From: Ignavibacteria bacterium
GTDB lineage: Bacteria; Bacteroidota; Ignavibacteria; Tepidaquicellales; OLB5
Direction: 5' to 3'
NCBI GenBank assembly: GCA_049516635.1
Contig: JBEKSX010000003.1
Coordinates: forward strand, 1-57,525
DNA: 57,525 nt
The position numbers were made by a program, and so were the translations under genes. Below, one piece after another: positions 37,271 through 49,818 of the stretch (the first letter of the stretch is position 1; each line of letters starts with the position of its first letter). The notes below the pieces were generated by a model that was given only the letters and a program-made list of their open reading frames with translations, was not told where the DNA came from and made no database searches.

Positions 37271-38725
37271 TTATTTCTGTTCCGGTTTACCGTCAGCATC
37301 ATATACTTCCACTTTCCCGAATCTTGCCATCTTGTCTCTTATCACATTTGCGTTTCCTGATATTACTATGAATAATTTATCCGGGTGTATATATTTTTGT
37401 GCTGCATCTAAAATGTCTTTTTTGGTAAGACCATTAATTTGACTAATATACGTACTATAATAATTCTTTGGTAGTCCGTACAGTTTTAAATTTATTACCC
37501 TCGTAGCTACTGCATTTGCAGTTTCAAGCTGTAGTGGGAATAACCCCGTTAAATAGTTTTTCACTGTTTGTAATTCTTCGTCCGTTACTTCTTCCGAAGT
37601 CATACTTTGTAGGTTTTCGATAATCCTTTCAACGGATGAATCGGTAACCTCGTTCCTAACATCAGCATCTACAGAAAAATCACCGGGCAGGATCCTTGTG
37701 CTGAAGCTGCTCCTTGCTCCGTAAGTGAAACCGTGTTTTTCCCTCAGATCATAATTGATACGCGAACCAAAATACCCGCCCAGTATGGTATTCATTACTG
37801 TTACTGCGATAAAGTCCGGATTGTTCCGTGCAATTCCTGTATGCCCTATCCTTAAATTCGATTGAACTGATGATGGTTTATCTACTATGTATACCCGGTC
37901 TGTTGAGAATGTGGGAGGTTGGTCACTCTGCCTCATTTCAGTATTAACAGGTTCTACATCCTTTTTCTCCCAGACACTGAATTTTTCGTTAACAATTTTT
38001 ATGGCTTCTTCTTTCGAAATAGCACCAACAAATGCCAATATCAGCTTATCGGGTCGGTAATGTTCATCATAGAAGCCTGCTATATCGTCACGTGTCATCG
38101 ATCTTATGCTTTCTTCTGTTCCTTCGGGCGGGAAAGCATATGGTGAGCCCTCGAACACCACTTTATTGAACATCTTATCGCTTAAAACAGAAGGTTCATC
38201 CTTACCCTGGATGATGGAGGAGATTCTCTGCTCCTTCAGCCGGTTTATTTCTTCTTCGGCGAAAACAGGATTTAATACTACATCTGCAAGTACATCCGTA
38301 ACTTTATCGAGAAATTTTTTCAGGACAGTCAACGATACATAACTGCCATCCCAGTCGTCCCCTGCGGATAAGCTTGCACCGTAGAAATCTGTTTCTTCCG
38401 CTATTTGTGTGGCTGTCCGGTTCCTGGTCCCCTTTGTCAGGAGATCTGCAGTTACGGATGAAACACCGTATTTTCCGTTATCGTAGTATGAGCCTGCATC
38501 TTTAAAAACAAACCTAATCGAAACTGAAGGTATCTTATAATTTTCGATCACGAGCAGGTTAATTCCGTTAGCTAGTGTTGTATCATAATAGTCGGGGAAG
38601 TGTACATCTTTCGGAGGTTTTGCCTTCGGGGGCTTTGTTCTGTCCAGAGTATTATCCTGTGTAATTCCTGTTTCGTTCATAAGAAATAATAGTAAAATAA
38701 ATAATAATATTTTATGGAATTTCAT
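37271..38725 (-). CDS. M16B peptidase, non-catalytic subunit (exported)
   Basis: TLANGI, no HxxEH, ILGG.FGSRI..DLREKHGFTYG substrate-binding R/Y motif; signal peptide. Confidence 0.88.
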   Translation of the reverse strand: MKFHKILLFILLLFLMNETGITQDNTLDRTKPPKAKPPKDVHFPDYYDTTLANGINLLVIENYKIPSVSIRFVFKDAGSYYDNGKYGVSSVTADLLTKGTRNRTATQIAEETDFYGASLSAGDDWDGSYVSLTVLKKFLDKVTDVLADVVLNPVFAEEEINRLKEQRISSIIQGKDEPSVLSDKMFNKVVFEGSPYAFPPEGTEESIRSMTRDDIAGFYDEHYRPDKLILAFVGAISKEEAIKIVNEKFSVWEKKDVEPVNTEMRQSDQPPTFSTDRVYIVDKPSSVQSNLRIGHTGIARNNPDFIAVTVMNTILGGYFGSRINYDLREKHGFTYGARSSFSTRILPGDFSVDADVRNEVTDSSVERIIENLQSMTSEEVTDEELQTVKNYLTGLFPLQLETANAVATRVINLKLYGLPKNYYSTYISQINGLTKKDILDAAQKYIHPDKLFIVISGNANVIRDKMARFGKVEVYDADGKPEQK

Positions 38726-38726
38726 T

Positions 38727-40019
38727 TCATTTCTTGTCCTGTACGGGCAGGTAGTGCAGGACTACGCGATTATTAGGATTAATATATTTTTGTGAAGAGG
38801 AAATGATATCTTCTTTTGTCACCTTCAGATAATTTTCTAAGTTCGTATTGATAAGCTCTGCATCGCCATAAAATGTTTTAAAATGAGCCAGCATGTCCGC
38901 TTTTGAAAGTATTAACTGACGCCTGTATATGCTTTTAGCTTCTATTCTGTTTTTGACCTTTTGTATCTCTTCTTCTTTTATATTTCCTGATATTGCTTCT
39001 GATACTATATTATCGATTTCAGACTGGACCGTATCTACCTTTACTCCGGGCATGAGTATAGCAAATATATAAAATATTCCTGCATATTCCTTTGTATCTG
39101 CATAACATCCTATTTCCGATACTAATTGTTTTTTGTAAACCAGCTCCCTGTAAAATCTCGAACTTTCACCGCTCGAAAGTATTTCTGATAATATATCGAA
39201 TGCGTACTGTTCCCTTGTCTGCTCTCCAGGAATCCTGTATCCTATAAATATGCCCGGGAAATGTATGTTGTCATAGATTACAGAAACTGTTTCGGATGCC
39301 AGTGGAGGCTCGTTGAAATTTTTTCTGTTTATGTCTTTACCTCTCTTTATCCCTCCGAAATATTTCCTTATCATAGCTAATGTCTCATCTTTGTTAATAT
39401 CACCCGTTATTGAGAGCACAGCATTATTAGGGATATAAAATCTTTCGAAGAAATTTTTAACATCGCTTAACGTGGCATTTTTAATATCTTTCATGTCTCC
39501 GATAGGGTCCCACCTGTAACCACTCGTTTTAAATAATTTCGGGGCGAATTCAACGCTCACGGTTCCGTAAGGTCTATTGTCTATGTTCTGCCTCTTTTCC
39601 TCCATAACAACCTCTTTTTGTGTCTCAAGGCTGTCCTGCGTTATAGCAAATTGCAGCATCCTATCCGATTCAAGCCACAAACCTAGTTCCAGCTGATTGC
39701 TCGGGAGGAGCACATAATAATTTGTCTTATCTTCAGTGGTATAGGCATTATTATCTCCTCCGGCGAAGGTCAGGAGCTTATCGTAAATGCCCTGCGGAAC
39801 ATTCTTCGAACCCTCGAACATCAAATGCTCAAATAGATGTGCAAACCCTCTTTTGTTCTCATCCTCGTCCTTTGAACCTACGTGATAGCAAAGATTTATT
39901 GCTACTGATGGAATGTAAGAGTCGTTTGATAATATTATCTGTAATCCGTTATCGAGTTCAAATTCATCGAAGCGTATCTTTGCGGGTTTTAGTTTTCCGT
40001 TATTTGAAATTTCGGTCAT
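38727..40019 (-). CDS. M16B peptidase, zinc-binding subunit (no signal peptide)
   Basis: YHVGSKDE, GFAHLFEHLMFEGS, NAYT..D.T.Y, LWLESDRM. Confidence 0.9.
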   Translation of the reverse strand: MTEISNNGKLKPAKIRFDEFELDNGLQIILSNDSYIPSVAINLCYHVGSKDEDENKRGFAHLFEHLMFEGSKNVPQGIYDKLLTFAGGDNNAYTTEDKTNYYVLLPSNQLELGLWLESDRMLQFAITQDSLETQKEVVMEEKRQNIDNRPYGTVSVEFAPKLFKTSGYRWDPIGDMKDIKNATLSDVKNFFERFYIPNNAVLSITGDINKDETLAMIRKYFGGIKRGKDINRKNFNEPPLASETVSVIYDNIHFPGIFIGYRIPGEQTREQYAFDILSEILSSGESSRFYRELVYKKQLVSEIGCYADTKEYAGIFYIFAILMPGVKVDTVQSEIDNIVSEAISGNIKEEEIQKVKNRIEAKSIYRRQLILSKADMLAHFKTFYGDAELINTNLENYLKVTKEDIISSSQKYINPNNRVVLHYLPVQDKK

Positions 40020-41422
40020 TGCTCCTCAAGGGTCTCAGGTTTCATATTATCCTTCGGCTTTCCCTGTTTATTTGGTATATAGTATAGAATTACACTGTTG
40101 TCATCATTCAAATATTTATTTGCCGTGCTCTTGATATCTTCCGCAGTTACCTTTATATAATTATCGATATCGGTGTTTATCAAACTGGTATTTTTGTAAA
40201 AAGTTCTGTAACGTGCAAGCATCTCACAGACCCCGTGCATGGTCTGAGTCCTGTTCACATAATCCGATTCGATCGAGTTCTTTGCTTTTTGCAGTTCATA
40301 ATCAGAAACATCCTGCTCTTTAATCTTTTTAATCTCTTCTTGAACCAGTTCCTCGATATTGTTAAGTTTAGAATTCTTCAAACCCGTAGAAGAGATTAGA
40401 AACAAACCGCTGAGTTCGAGGTCCCAAACCATGGAACGGATGGTTCTAGCTGCCTGTTTTTCATATACTAAATTCTTGTATAACCTCGAGCTTCTTCTTT
40501 CACCCAGGATGGAGGATAATAATGTTAATGAATATAAGTCCTTAGACGTGACAGCCGGTATCTTATATGCTATATATATTGCGGGAAGCCGAACATTATC
40601 ATAAATGGTATCTCTTTTTTCTCCCTGGTTAAAGACGTTATCAGGGAATTGAGTATTCCTTGGAGGTGCAGGTGTTAACCCGGCGAAATATCTCTCGACC
40701 AGTTTTTTTGTACCCTTATAATTTATATCCCCCGATATCACAAGAACAGCATTATTGGGAGAGTAAAACTTTTTATAGAAGCTTCGGGCATAGCTCAAGT
40801 CTGCATCATTCAGGTCTTTCATGCTGCCAATGGTTATCCAGTGATATGGATGATCTGTAAATTCTCGGTTGAACAGATTCTCAAACCTGGAACCGTAGGG
40901 AACATTGTCATATCTTTGTCTTTTCTCTTCCTTTACGACTTCCCTCTGGTTATCGAAATTTTCCTGAGTAACGTTCAGTGAGCTCATTCGATCTGATTCA
41001 AGCCATAGGACCAGTTCGAGCTGGTTCGAAGGAACCGTTTCGAAGTAATTTGTCCTGTCCTGGTTAGTACTTCCATTCAATGTACCCCCGGCTTTTTGAA
41101 TATATGTAAAATGCTCAGTTTTACCTACATTTTTCGAGCCCTGGAACATCATATGTTCGAACAAATGTGCAAAGCCGGTCCGGTTCGAATCCTCATCCTT
41201 AGAGCCTACATGATACCATATATCCACACAAACCAATGGGTTAGCTGTGTCCTGATGCATTATAACATGTAACCCGTTTATTAGGTCAAATTCCTCAAAA
41301 TCTATCTTTTGAAGTGCATGTGTACCTGGGTAAGCCGGCGAAATAGCTAAAATCATAAATAAAATGGCAGTATATAATAGGTTATTTTTCAAGAGCACAA
41401 AGTTAAAAATACTAAAGCTCAT
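40016..41422 (-). CDS. M16B peptidase, zinc-binding subunit (exported)
   Basis: Hydrophobic N-terminus; GFAHLFEHMMFQGS, NGSTNQDRTNY, LWLESDRM. Confidence 0.9.
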   Translation of the reverse strand: MSFSIFNFVLLKNNLLYTAILFMILAISPAYPGTHALQKIDFEEFDLINGLHVIMHQDTANPLVCVDIWYHVGSKDEDSNRTGFAHLFEHMMFQGSKNVGKTEHFTYIQKAGGTLNGSTNQDRTNYFETVPSNQLELVLWLESDRMSSLNVTQENFDNQREVVKEEKRQRYDNVPYGSRFENLFNREFTDHPYHWITIGSMKDLNDADLSYARSFYKKFYSPNNAVLVISGDINYKGTKKLVERYFAGLTPAPPRNTQFPDNVFNQGEKRDTIYDNVRLPAIYIAYKIPAVTSKDLYSLTLLSSILGERRSSRLYKNLVYEKQAARTIRSMVWDLELSGLFLISSTGLKNSKLNNIEELVQEEIKKIKEQDVSDYELQKAKNSIESDYVNRTQTMHGVCEMLARYRTFYKNTSLINTDIDNYIKVTAEDIKSTANKYLNDDNSVILYYIPNKQGKPKDNMKPETLEEQ

Positions 41423-41653
41423 TGTAATTTAAAAGATAGAAAAAAATATGTATATATTATTTCTCTAGACTATTAATAATTAAGAATTTATATTAAATTT
41501 GTAAGTGAAGGATGCTTGGATTCTAGAAATAATTATGATTTTTCTTTGTTTTATATCCTAACTATAAGAAAATGCAGTAAGTTTCGTTAATGGTTCGTTA
41601 GTTTGAGATAACGAATAAGATGTTTGAAATAGCACAAAAGGAGAAGATACTAT

Positions 41654-42250
41654 TTGAATAAAAAAGAATTTTTTTATGTATCAAACCTGTTAAGTCTTTC
41701 TAGATTTGTTCTATTAATATTTGCTGCATTTTTTTTGTTTACTGAAATAAGATACCATAATCTTTGGTCAGCAGGATTTATATTCTTGATATGGGTAAGT
41801 GACATCCTCGACGGTTATTTTGCAAGGAAGCTGAACGAAGTTACAGATCTGGGAAAGATAATAGATCCGCTGGCTGATAAAGTGACTATAATTGTTCTTG
41901 CTGTTATTTTGCTAATACGAAAGGTTCTGCCAGTTTGGTTTGTTCTGATCCTGGTTATTCGTGATGTAATAATTTTTTCAGGCGGTGTATATCTCAAGAA
42001 AAAGACAGATATTGTTATACAATCTAACTGGACAGGTAAATTAACGGTTTTTATTATTGGATTAACAATAATGTTCTCAATTGTATTTGAAAGTATTAAA
42101 GTGGACTTCGAAAATAAATTTTCAATATATCATATTGAAAAATTGGAACTTTTATGGAACATAATGATTTTATTAAGTATAGTGGCGAGTATAATATCTT
42201 TAATTGTATATTTTAACAAGTTTTTAAAAATAATTGCCCAAAAGGGCTAG
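41654..42250 (+). CDS. CDP-alcohol phosphatidyltransferase (PgsA-like)
   Basis: NLLSLSR and SDILDGYFARKLNEVTDLGKIIDPLADK signature. Confidence 0.9.
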   Translation: MNKKEFFYVSNLLSLSRFVLLIFAAFFLFTEIRYHNLWSAGFIFLIWVSDILDGYFARKLNEVTDLGKIIDPLADKVTIIVLAVILLIRKVLPVWFVLILVIRDVIIFSGGVYLKKKTDIVIQSNWTGKLTVFIIGLTIMFSIVFESIKVDFENKFSIYHIEKLELLWNIMILLSIVASIISLIVYFNKFLKIIAQKG

Positions 42251-42288
42251 TTATAAAAATATTCATAAATCCTGAAAGGGGAGAAAAA

Positions 42289-42636
42289 ATGGAAACTAGT
42301 CAAAGCGGAACAAAGCAGGCAAAATCCCGGGTCAGAACACTGACCAAAAAGGATATCGAAATGAAGATCTCTCAGAAATTCGAGGGAAGACGTCTGACCG
42401 AAAAAGCTGTAGTTGATGCATTGTTTGATGCTATTCGCGAGCTTTTAATGACGGCACGTCCTGACCTTCGTATTGAGATCAGAGATTTCGGTGTCTTCGA
42501 GATAAAGACCACGAAGCCGAAACCTAAAGCAAGAAACCTGAAGACAGGTGAATTCGTATTCGTTCCTGCGAGGAAGAAGATCCATTTCAAGGCTGGCAAG
42601 CTCTTGAAAGAATTCTTGAAGAAACCGTTAACTTAA
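42289..42636 (+). CDS. HU/IHF family DNA-binding protein
   Basis: LTKKDI, RIEIRDFGVF, ARNLKTGE, PARKKIHFKAGK. Confidence 0.88.
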   Translation: METSQSGTKQAKSRVRTLTKKDIEMKISQKFEGRRLTEKAVVDALFDAIRELLMTARPDLRIEIRDFGVFEIKTTKPKPKARNLKTGEFVFVPARKKIHFKAGKLLKEFLKKPLT

Positions 42637-42719
42637 GATAAATCGGTAAAGAGATTTATTTTTCAAGTATTTTTTTACATACTTGTAGAAAATTCGATCT
42701 TTAATCCGTTTTTCTTTTT

Positions 42720-43166
42720 GTGAGTCTTCAAGATAACAAGATAATGGGAATCGATTACGGTTCAGTAAGGATTGGTATCGCCACAAGCGACCTTAGTAAA
42801 ACTATAGCCTTCGGGCAAAAAGCCATCAATAACGATAAGTCTTCACTTGATAAAATACTCGAGATAATTATTGCCGATAATGTGACCCGTATCGTACTCG
42901 GTTACCCGTTGAATTTGAAAGGATTGAGAACTGCTCAAACACTTGAAGTGGAAAAGTTTGAGGAAAAGCTGAAAGACCATATTAACAAAATCTTAAAAGA
43001 CCGGTATGTAGAAATTGTGAGATGGGATGAAAGATTTACGTCCAAGATGGCTCAAGACTCTATGTTGATTTCGGGTATGAAGAAAATGAAGAGAAGAGAA
43101 AAATCCAATATCGATGTTATTTCTGCTGCTCTGCTTTTACAGAGCTATCTTGACAGCGCCTTCTAG
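42720..43166 (+). CDS. ruvX: RuvX/YqgF pre-16S rRNA processing nuclease
   Basis: GIDYGSVRIGIATSD, VLGYP, WDERFTS, ID..SAALLLQSYL. Confidence 0.92.
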   Translation: MSLQDNKIMGIDYGSVRIGIATSDLSKTIAFGQKAINNDKSSLDKILEIIIADNVTRIVLGYPLNLKGLRTAQTLEVEKFEEKLKDHINKILKDRYVEIVRWDERFTSKMAQDSMLISGMKKMKRREKSNIDVISAALLLQSYLDSAF

Positions 43167-43258
43167 GCAATTTATAATTTATTCTAATCTGCTCTTCTTA
43201 TTTTGATATTTACCTATAACCGGGCGGATGCCCCGGAACAAGTTTTAGATATTTAAAT

Positions 43259-43915
43259 ATGTATCTGCTTGAACTGAACGAGCTCATTGAAAACGGTGAG
43301 AACTCCAAAGTTGAATTCAAAAGAAAGTTCTCAACTGCCGAAAAGATCGCCAAAGAAATGATAGCTTTTGCCAACACCAAAGGCGGTAAAATTATTTTTG
43401 GCGTTGATGATGATAGAAGAGTGATTGGTGTGGAGAGCGAAAAAGGCGAGATTGAACTGATCGATAAAGCTGCAAAATTTTACTGCACCCCCGAAATATC
43501 CTATTCCTACGAAATAATCCACATTTACAGAAAAGATGTTATTGTTGTTAATATTCCTGAAAGCCGTAATAAACCGCATTCACTTATAGAAGAGAACACG
43601 AACGGAAACGGTCTCCATCCCAAAGTTTATATCCGTATAAAAGATAAAAGTATCTTAGCCTCGAAGGAAACTATTCGCGTTCTGAAGAGGTCTAATTCAG
43701 ATTCGCCGCCTCTTATACTCGAGCTGGGGGAGAAGGAAAAATTTCTCCTTGATTACCTTTCAAAGCATGAACGGATAAATATCCAAACCCTGCGTAAGCT
43801 GTTAAATCTTTCCGAACGCCGCGCAAGCCGTATGCTTGTAAACCTGGTTCGTGCCGGTCTCATTCTCTTGCACAATCTTGAAAAAGAGGACTATTACACG
43901 CTGAACGGAAAGTAA
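43259..43915 (+). CDS. Schlafen/AlbA_2 domain protein with C-terminal wHTH
   Basis: GENSKVEFK, AFANTKGGKIIFGVDD; C-terminal HTH. Confidence 0.85.
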   Translation: MYLLELNELIENGENSKVEFKRKFSTAEKIAKEMIAFANTKGGKIIFGVDDDRRVIGVESEKGEIELIDKAAKFYCTPEISYSYEIIHIYRKDVIVVNIPESRNKPHSLIEENTNGNGLHPKVYIRIKDKSILASKETIRVLKRSNSDSPPLILELGEKEKFLLDYLSKHERINIQTLRKLLNLSERRASRMLVNLVRAGLILLHNLEKEDYYTLNGK

Positions 43916-44045
43916 CACAACTCAGTTCATATCTTGTGATGGACACGAAATGTTTACTCGGGATATTCCAAATCACTGAACTTACTGCATTTAATAACTT
44001 TTCTCTTTCTATTTCATTTTCAGTTGATTATATTCATTGCATAAA

Positions 44046-44120
44046 AATACGGGGTGCTCTTAACAAAAGGGCTGAGAACACACCCTTGAACCTGAACCAG
44101 ATAATGCTGGCGTAGGAAAC
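44046..44120 (+). ncRNA. TPP riboswitch aptamer
   Basis: GGGGTGC..GCTGAGA..ACCC.TGAACCTGA.CCAGATAATGCTGGCGTAGG upstream of thiC. Confidence 0.95.
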
Positions 44121-44133
44121 CAAGAAATTTCAA

Positions 44134-44180
44134 AACCGCTTATCTTTTCCGGGTTAAAGGGTAAGCGGTTCTTATTTTAT
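44134..44180 (+). terminator. riboswitch expression-platform terminator
   Basis: AACCGCTTATCTTT / AAAGGGTAAGCGGTT stem followed by T-rich tract. Confidence 0.75.
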
Positions 44181-44255
44181 GTATAGAGGAATATATAACA
44201 TATATAATCCGTTATAAAAAATAACAATCGAATAAGTTTTATAATAATCTATTAA

Positions 44256-46244
<1,989 letters not shown>

Positions 46245-46266
46245 GACATAATAGCTGTTCGATAAT

Positions 46267-47394
46267 ATGGCTGAGAAGAAAGTAGTTATCATAGGCGGCG
46301 GAATCATCGGCTTATCCGTTGGATGGCAGCTTTTACGTAAAGGAATCGAGACCGAAATTTTTGAACGCGGTGAAGCTGGGAAGGGTGCGGGCTGGGTTGC
46401 CGCAGGCATGCTTGCTCCCGAGGCTGAGCTGGGTTTCGAGGAGATGAGGTTATTTGATCTCTGCAAGAAGAGCTTACTATTATACCCTGGATTTGTAGAA
46501 GAGCTTACTGAAGACAGCGGTCTTGAAGTGAAGCTCGACAATTGCGGCTCTTTGCTCGTGGGATTTGATCGCGATGATAATGAGCGTCTCAGAAGACAGT
46601 TCGTTTTCAGAGAAAGCGCAGGATTACCGGTCGAGTGGCGGAGCGGTTCTGAAGCACGCGAACTGGAGCCGCTGCTTTCCCCAAAATGTACAGGAGCTAT
46701 CTGGATACCGGATGATGCTCAGGTTGATAACCGAGCTATGTTACATGCATTGAAAACTGCTTTTCAATTGAAAGGTGGTATTCTTCATGAGTATTCCCTA
46801 GTAAGTTCTATAAAAACTAAAAATGGAAGGATAACTGGTATTATAACCGAGGGAGAAGAATTAAGTTTTACGGATGTGATCATAGCCGCGGGCTCCTGGT
46901 CAAGACAGATAGAAGGAATTCCGGATAATCTGCTTCCGCCGGTTCGTCCCGTAAAAGGACAGATCATTTCATTAAAAATGAATGATGACGTGAGGCTGAC
47001 CCGTTCTATACGTGCACTGGATGTTTATTTTGCACCTAAGAGCGATGGGCGGCTTGTACTGGGTGCAAGCGTTGAGGAAATGGGTTTTGATATAAATCCG
47101 ACTGCCGGAGAAATATTCCGCCTGCTCGAAAGAGGCTGGGAAACAGTTCCTTCCATATATGATTTGCAGATAGAGTCCATTGATGTGGGACTCAGACCCG
47201 GGAGCCGTGACCATGAACCGATCATAGGCGATTCATATATCGATGGACTGTATTTTGCTACAGGTCATTACCGTAACGGTGTACTTTTAACACCCATAAC
47301 TGCATATGAACTTTCAAATTGGATCGCAGAAGATAAGCCATCAGAGATATTAAAGAACTTTCAGTTATCAAGATTTTATAAGGAGGTTGTCTAA
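46267..47394 (+). CDS. thiO: glycine oxidase ThiO
   Basis: IIGGGIIG FAD motif, AAGML.P, PVKGQ, GHYRNGVLL; thi context. Confidence 0.92.
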   Translation: MAEKKVVIIGGGIIGLSVGWQLLRKGIETEIFERGEAGKGAGWVAAGMLAPEAELGFEEMRLFDLCKKSLLLYPGFVEELTEDSGLEVKLDNCGSLLVGFDRDDNERLRRQFVFRESAGLPVEWRSGSEARELEPLLSPKCTGAIWIPDDAQVDNRAMLHALKTAFQLKGGILHEYSLVSSIKTKNGRITGIITEGEELSFTDVIIAAGSWSRQIEGIPDNLLPPVRPVKGQIISLKMNDDVRLTRSIRALDVYFAPKSDGRLVLGASVEEMGFDINPTAGEIFRLLERGWETVPSIYDLQIESIDVGLRPGSRDHEPIIGDSYIDGLYFATGHYRNGVLLTPITAYELSNWIAEDKPSEILKNFQLSRFYKEVV

Positions 47395-47600
47395 TGAAAA
47401 TAAAAGTGAACGGGGAAAAACAGACTTTGCAAGAACAGATGAACCTCTACGATTTTCTGAACCTTCAATTGAACGGAGAGGATACAAAAGGAATTGCAAT
47501 TGCGTTGAATTTCAATATCATCCCAAGACAGAAATGGGAAACAACATTTATAAACGAAGACGATGAGATAGAGATCGTTCACGCAGTGCAGGGAGGATAA
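47394..47600 (+). CDS. thiS: sulfur carrier protein ThiS
   Basis: IKVNGE start, C-terminal VQGG. Confidence 0.95.
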   Translation: MKIKVNGEKQTLQEQMNLYDFLNLQLNGEDTKGIAIALNFNIIPRQKWETTFINEDDEIEIVHAVQGG

Positions 47601-47604
47601 GATA

Positions 47605-47661
47605 CCTTGTCCCCCTTTACAGCCTGCCCGCTTTCGAGCGGGAAAGGGGGATAGGGGGGTT
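47605..47661. repeat. CCCCCTTT/AAAGGGGG palindromic repeat with nested 23-nt hairpin (47620-47642)
   Basis: CCCCCTTTA[CAGCCTGCCCGCTTTCGAGCGGG]AAAGGGGGATAGGGGG between thiS and thiG. Confidence 0.65.
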
Positions 47662-47740
47662 AAATAAAGAAAAACTGTGTTTTCCATATCAGGTAATAAA
47701 CCTGGTTTTACTTAAAAAAATAAATTATATCAATTTTACA

Positions 47741-48520
47741 ATGAGTCAATTAGAAATAGCCGGTCATAAATTTAAATCCAGATTAATTCTCGGAACCTCA
47801 AAATACCCTAATCCGCAAGTAATGCTCGAGGCACTCGAAGAAAGCGGAACTGAGATGATAACAGTTGCAATAAGACGCCTGAACCTGAAATCAGGTGACG
47901 GACAGGAAAGTTTATTAAACTTGATAGACCGGAAAAAATATTTTCTACTGCCAAATACTGCAGGATGTTACACAGCTAAAGAAGCTGTACTTACGGCAAA
48001 GCTGGCGCGGGAAGCTTTACAGACAAGCTGGATCAAGCTTGAGGTGATAGGGGACGATGAAACATTATTTCCCGATGTAACGGAATTATTAAAAGCCGCA
48101 GAAGAACTTATTTCTGAAGGCTTTACGGTTTTACCTTATTGCAATGATGACCCTATAACCTGCAAAAAGCTCGCCGACATGGGTTGTCCAGCTGTGATGC
48201 CTCTGGGTGCCCCGATAGGTTCCGGTATGGGTATCAGGAATCCATACAACCTGCAAATAATCAGGGAAATAGTTAATGTACCGCTCATATTAGATGCGGG
48301 AGTTGGTACGGCATCAGATGCATCGATAGCGATGGAACTCGGTGCTGACGGAATCCTGATGAATAGCGCTGTTGCGGGTGCACAGCATCCCGTTATGATG
48401 GCACGGGCTATGCGACTTGCCATAGAAGCGGGCAGGCTGGCTTATGAAGCCGGACGAATCCCGAAAAGATTGTATGCGAATGCTTCCACAACGATGGAAG
48501 GAATGATAGGAAGCCATTAA
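47741..48520 (+). CDS. thiG: thiazole synthase ThiG
   Basis: [36 protein letters not shown]. Confidence 0.97.
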   Translation: MSQLEIAGHKFKSRLILGTSKYPNPQVMLEALEESGTEMITVAIRRLNLKSGDGQESLLNLIDRKKYFLLPNTAGCYTAKEAVLTAKLAREALQTSWIKLEVIGDDETLFPDVTELLKAAEELISEGFTVLPYCNDDPITCKKLADMGCPAVMPLGAPIGSGMGIRNPYNLQIIREIVNVPLILDAGVGTASDASIAMELGADGILMNSAVAGAQHPVMMARAMRLAIEAGRLAYEAGRIPKRLYANASTTMEGMIGSH

Positions 48521-48537
48521 TCGACATACAGTAGTTA

Positions 48538-49182
48538 ATGAAGAAGGACGAATCGAAAAAAACTGTGGATTTTCGTTTGATTGTAATTGCAGCGGGACAT
48601 GATATTATTGGAAGACCACCTGAAGAAATAATTGAAGTCTGCTGCAAATCCGGAGTAAAGGCTTTTCAATTACGGGATAAGGATATGACAGCCGGAGACC
48701 TTCTGAAGCTTGCTCAAGCTTTAAAAAAAATTACTAAAAAATATACTGCAAATCTTATCATCAATGACAGGCTGGATATAGCTTTATCATCGAAAGCTGA
48801 CGGATTACATTCACCTGAAAATGGGATATCGAGCAAAGATGTAAAAAGAATTGATAATAAACTTTTGTTGGGAAGGTCAGTTCATTTGAGAGAAGCAGCA
48901 ATTGATGCCGGGAGGAGCGGGTTCGATTACATTATTTTCGGACCTGTTTATAGGACTTCATCCAAAATAAAATTCGGTAAACCACAGGGTCTAAAAAAGC
49001 TAAAGGAAGTATGCAAAGCTGTGGATATTCCGGTTTTTGCAATAGGAGGGATTACACCTGCAAGAGCAAAAAAATGCATAGAGCATGGGGCTCATGGGAC
49101 AGCTGTGATAAGTGCTGTAACCAGATCCGCTAATATAATGAGAACAATTTCTGAATTTAAGAGAGCACTCGGCAGTCTTTGA
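48538..49182 (+). CDS. thiamine-phosphate synthase-like protein (TenI/ThiE family)
   Basis: QLRDK, INDR, GRSVH, GPVYRTSSK, FAIGGI; LHSP in place of HLG favours TenI. Confidence 0.8.
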   Translation: MKKDESKKTVDFRLIVIAAGHDIIGRPPEEIIEVCCKSGVKAFQLRDKDMTAGDLLKLAQALKKITKKYTANLIINDRLDIALSSKADGLHSPENGISSKDVKRIDNKLLLGRSVHLREAAIDAGRSGFDYIIFGPVYRTSSKIKFGKPQGLKKLKEVCKAVDIPVFAIGGITPARAKKCIEHGAHGTAVISAVTRSANIMRTISEFKRALGSL

Positions 49183-49818
49183 ATGAAAAAAACGATAGGA
49201 AAACTATGTGTAATAACAGATACCGTTGTACAAACAAAATACACGCATGAAGAATTAGCAGCAAAGGCGATAGAAGGCGGTGCAGATATTATTCAATTCA
49301 GGGATAAATCAATGCCAACAGGAGTGATGATAGATACCGCAAAAAGGATAAAAATGCTTTGTGAGAGTTTCGATGAAAGAAAAATTTTGTTCATTGTAAA
49401 TGACAGGGTTGACGTTGCACTTGCATCGGATGCCGATGGAGTCCACCTGGGGTTAGATGACATTCCTATTAGATCGGCGAGGAGATTATTAGGTGATAAT
49501 AAGATTATAGGAGGAACTGCCCATTATTTAAAGGAAGCCCTGAAGGCGGAGAGAGCGGGAGCAGATTACATCGGTTACGGTCATATCTTCAATACTCGAT
49601 CAAAAATAAAATTCACTCGTCCTGTTGGTCCCGGTGAGCTTGCTGAAATATGCAAACAGGTAAAAACAAAAATTATTGCAGTAGGCGGTATCGATTTAGA
49701 TAATGTAAAGCAGGTGATCGAAGCTGGAGCGTTCGGAATCGCTGTAATCGGTGCAGTTGCAAAAGCGGATGATCCTTTAAAGGCTGTTAAAAAATTAAGG
49801 GAAATAGTATATGCCTAA
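49183..49818 (+). CDS. thiE: thiamine-phosphate synthase ThiE
   Basis: QFRDK, VNDRVD, GVHLGLDD, AVGGI. Confidence 0.88.
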   Translation: MKKTIGKLCVITDTVVQTKYTHEELAAKAIEGGADIIQFRDKSMPTGVMIDTAKRIKMLCESFDERKILFIVNDRVDVALASDADGVHLGLDDIPIRSARRLLGDNKIIGGTAHYLKEALKAERAGADYIGYGHIFNTRSKIKFTRPVGPGELAEICKQVKTKIIAVGGIDLDNVKQVIEAGAFGIAVIGAVAKADDPLKAVKKLREIVYA

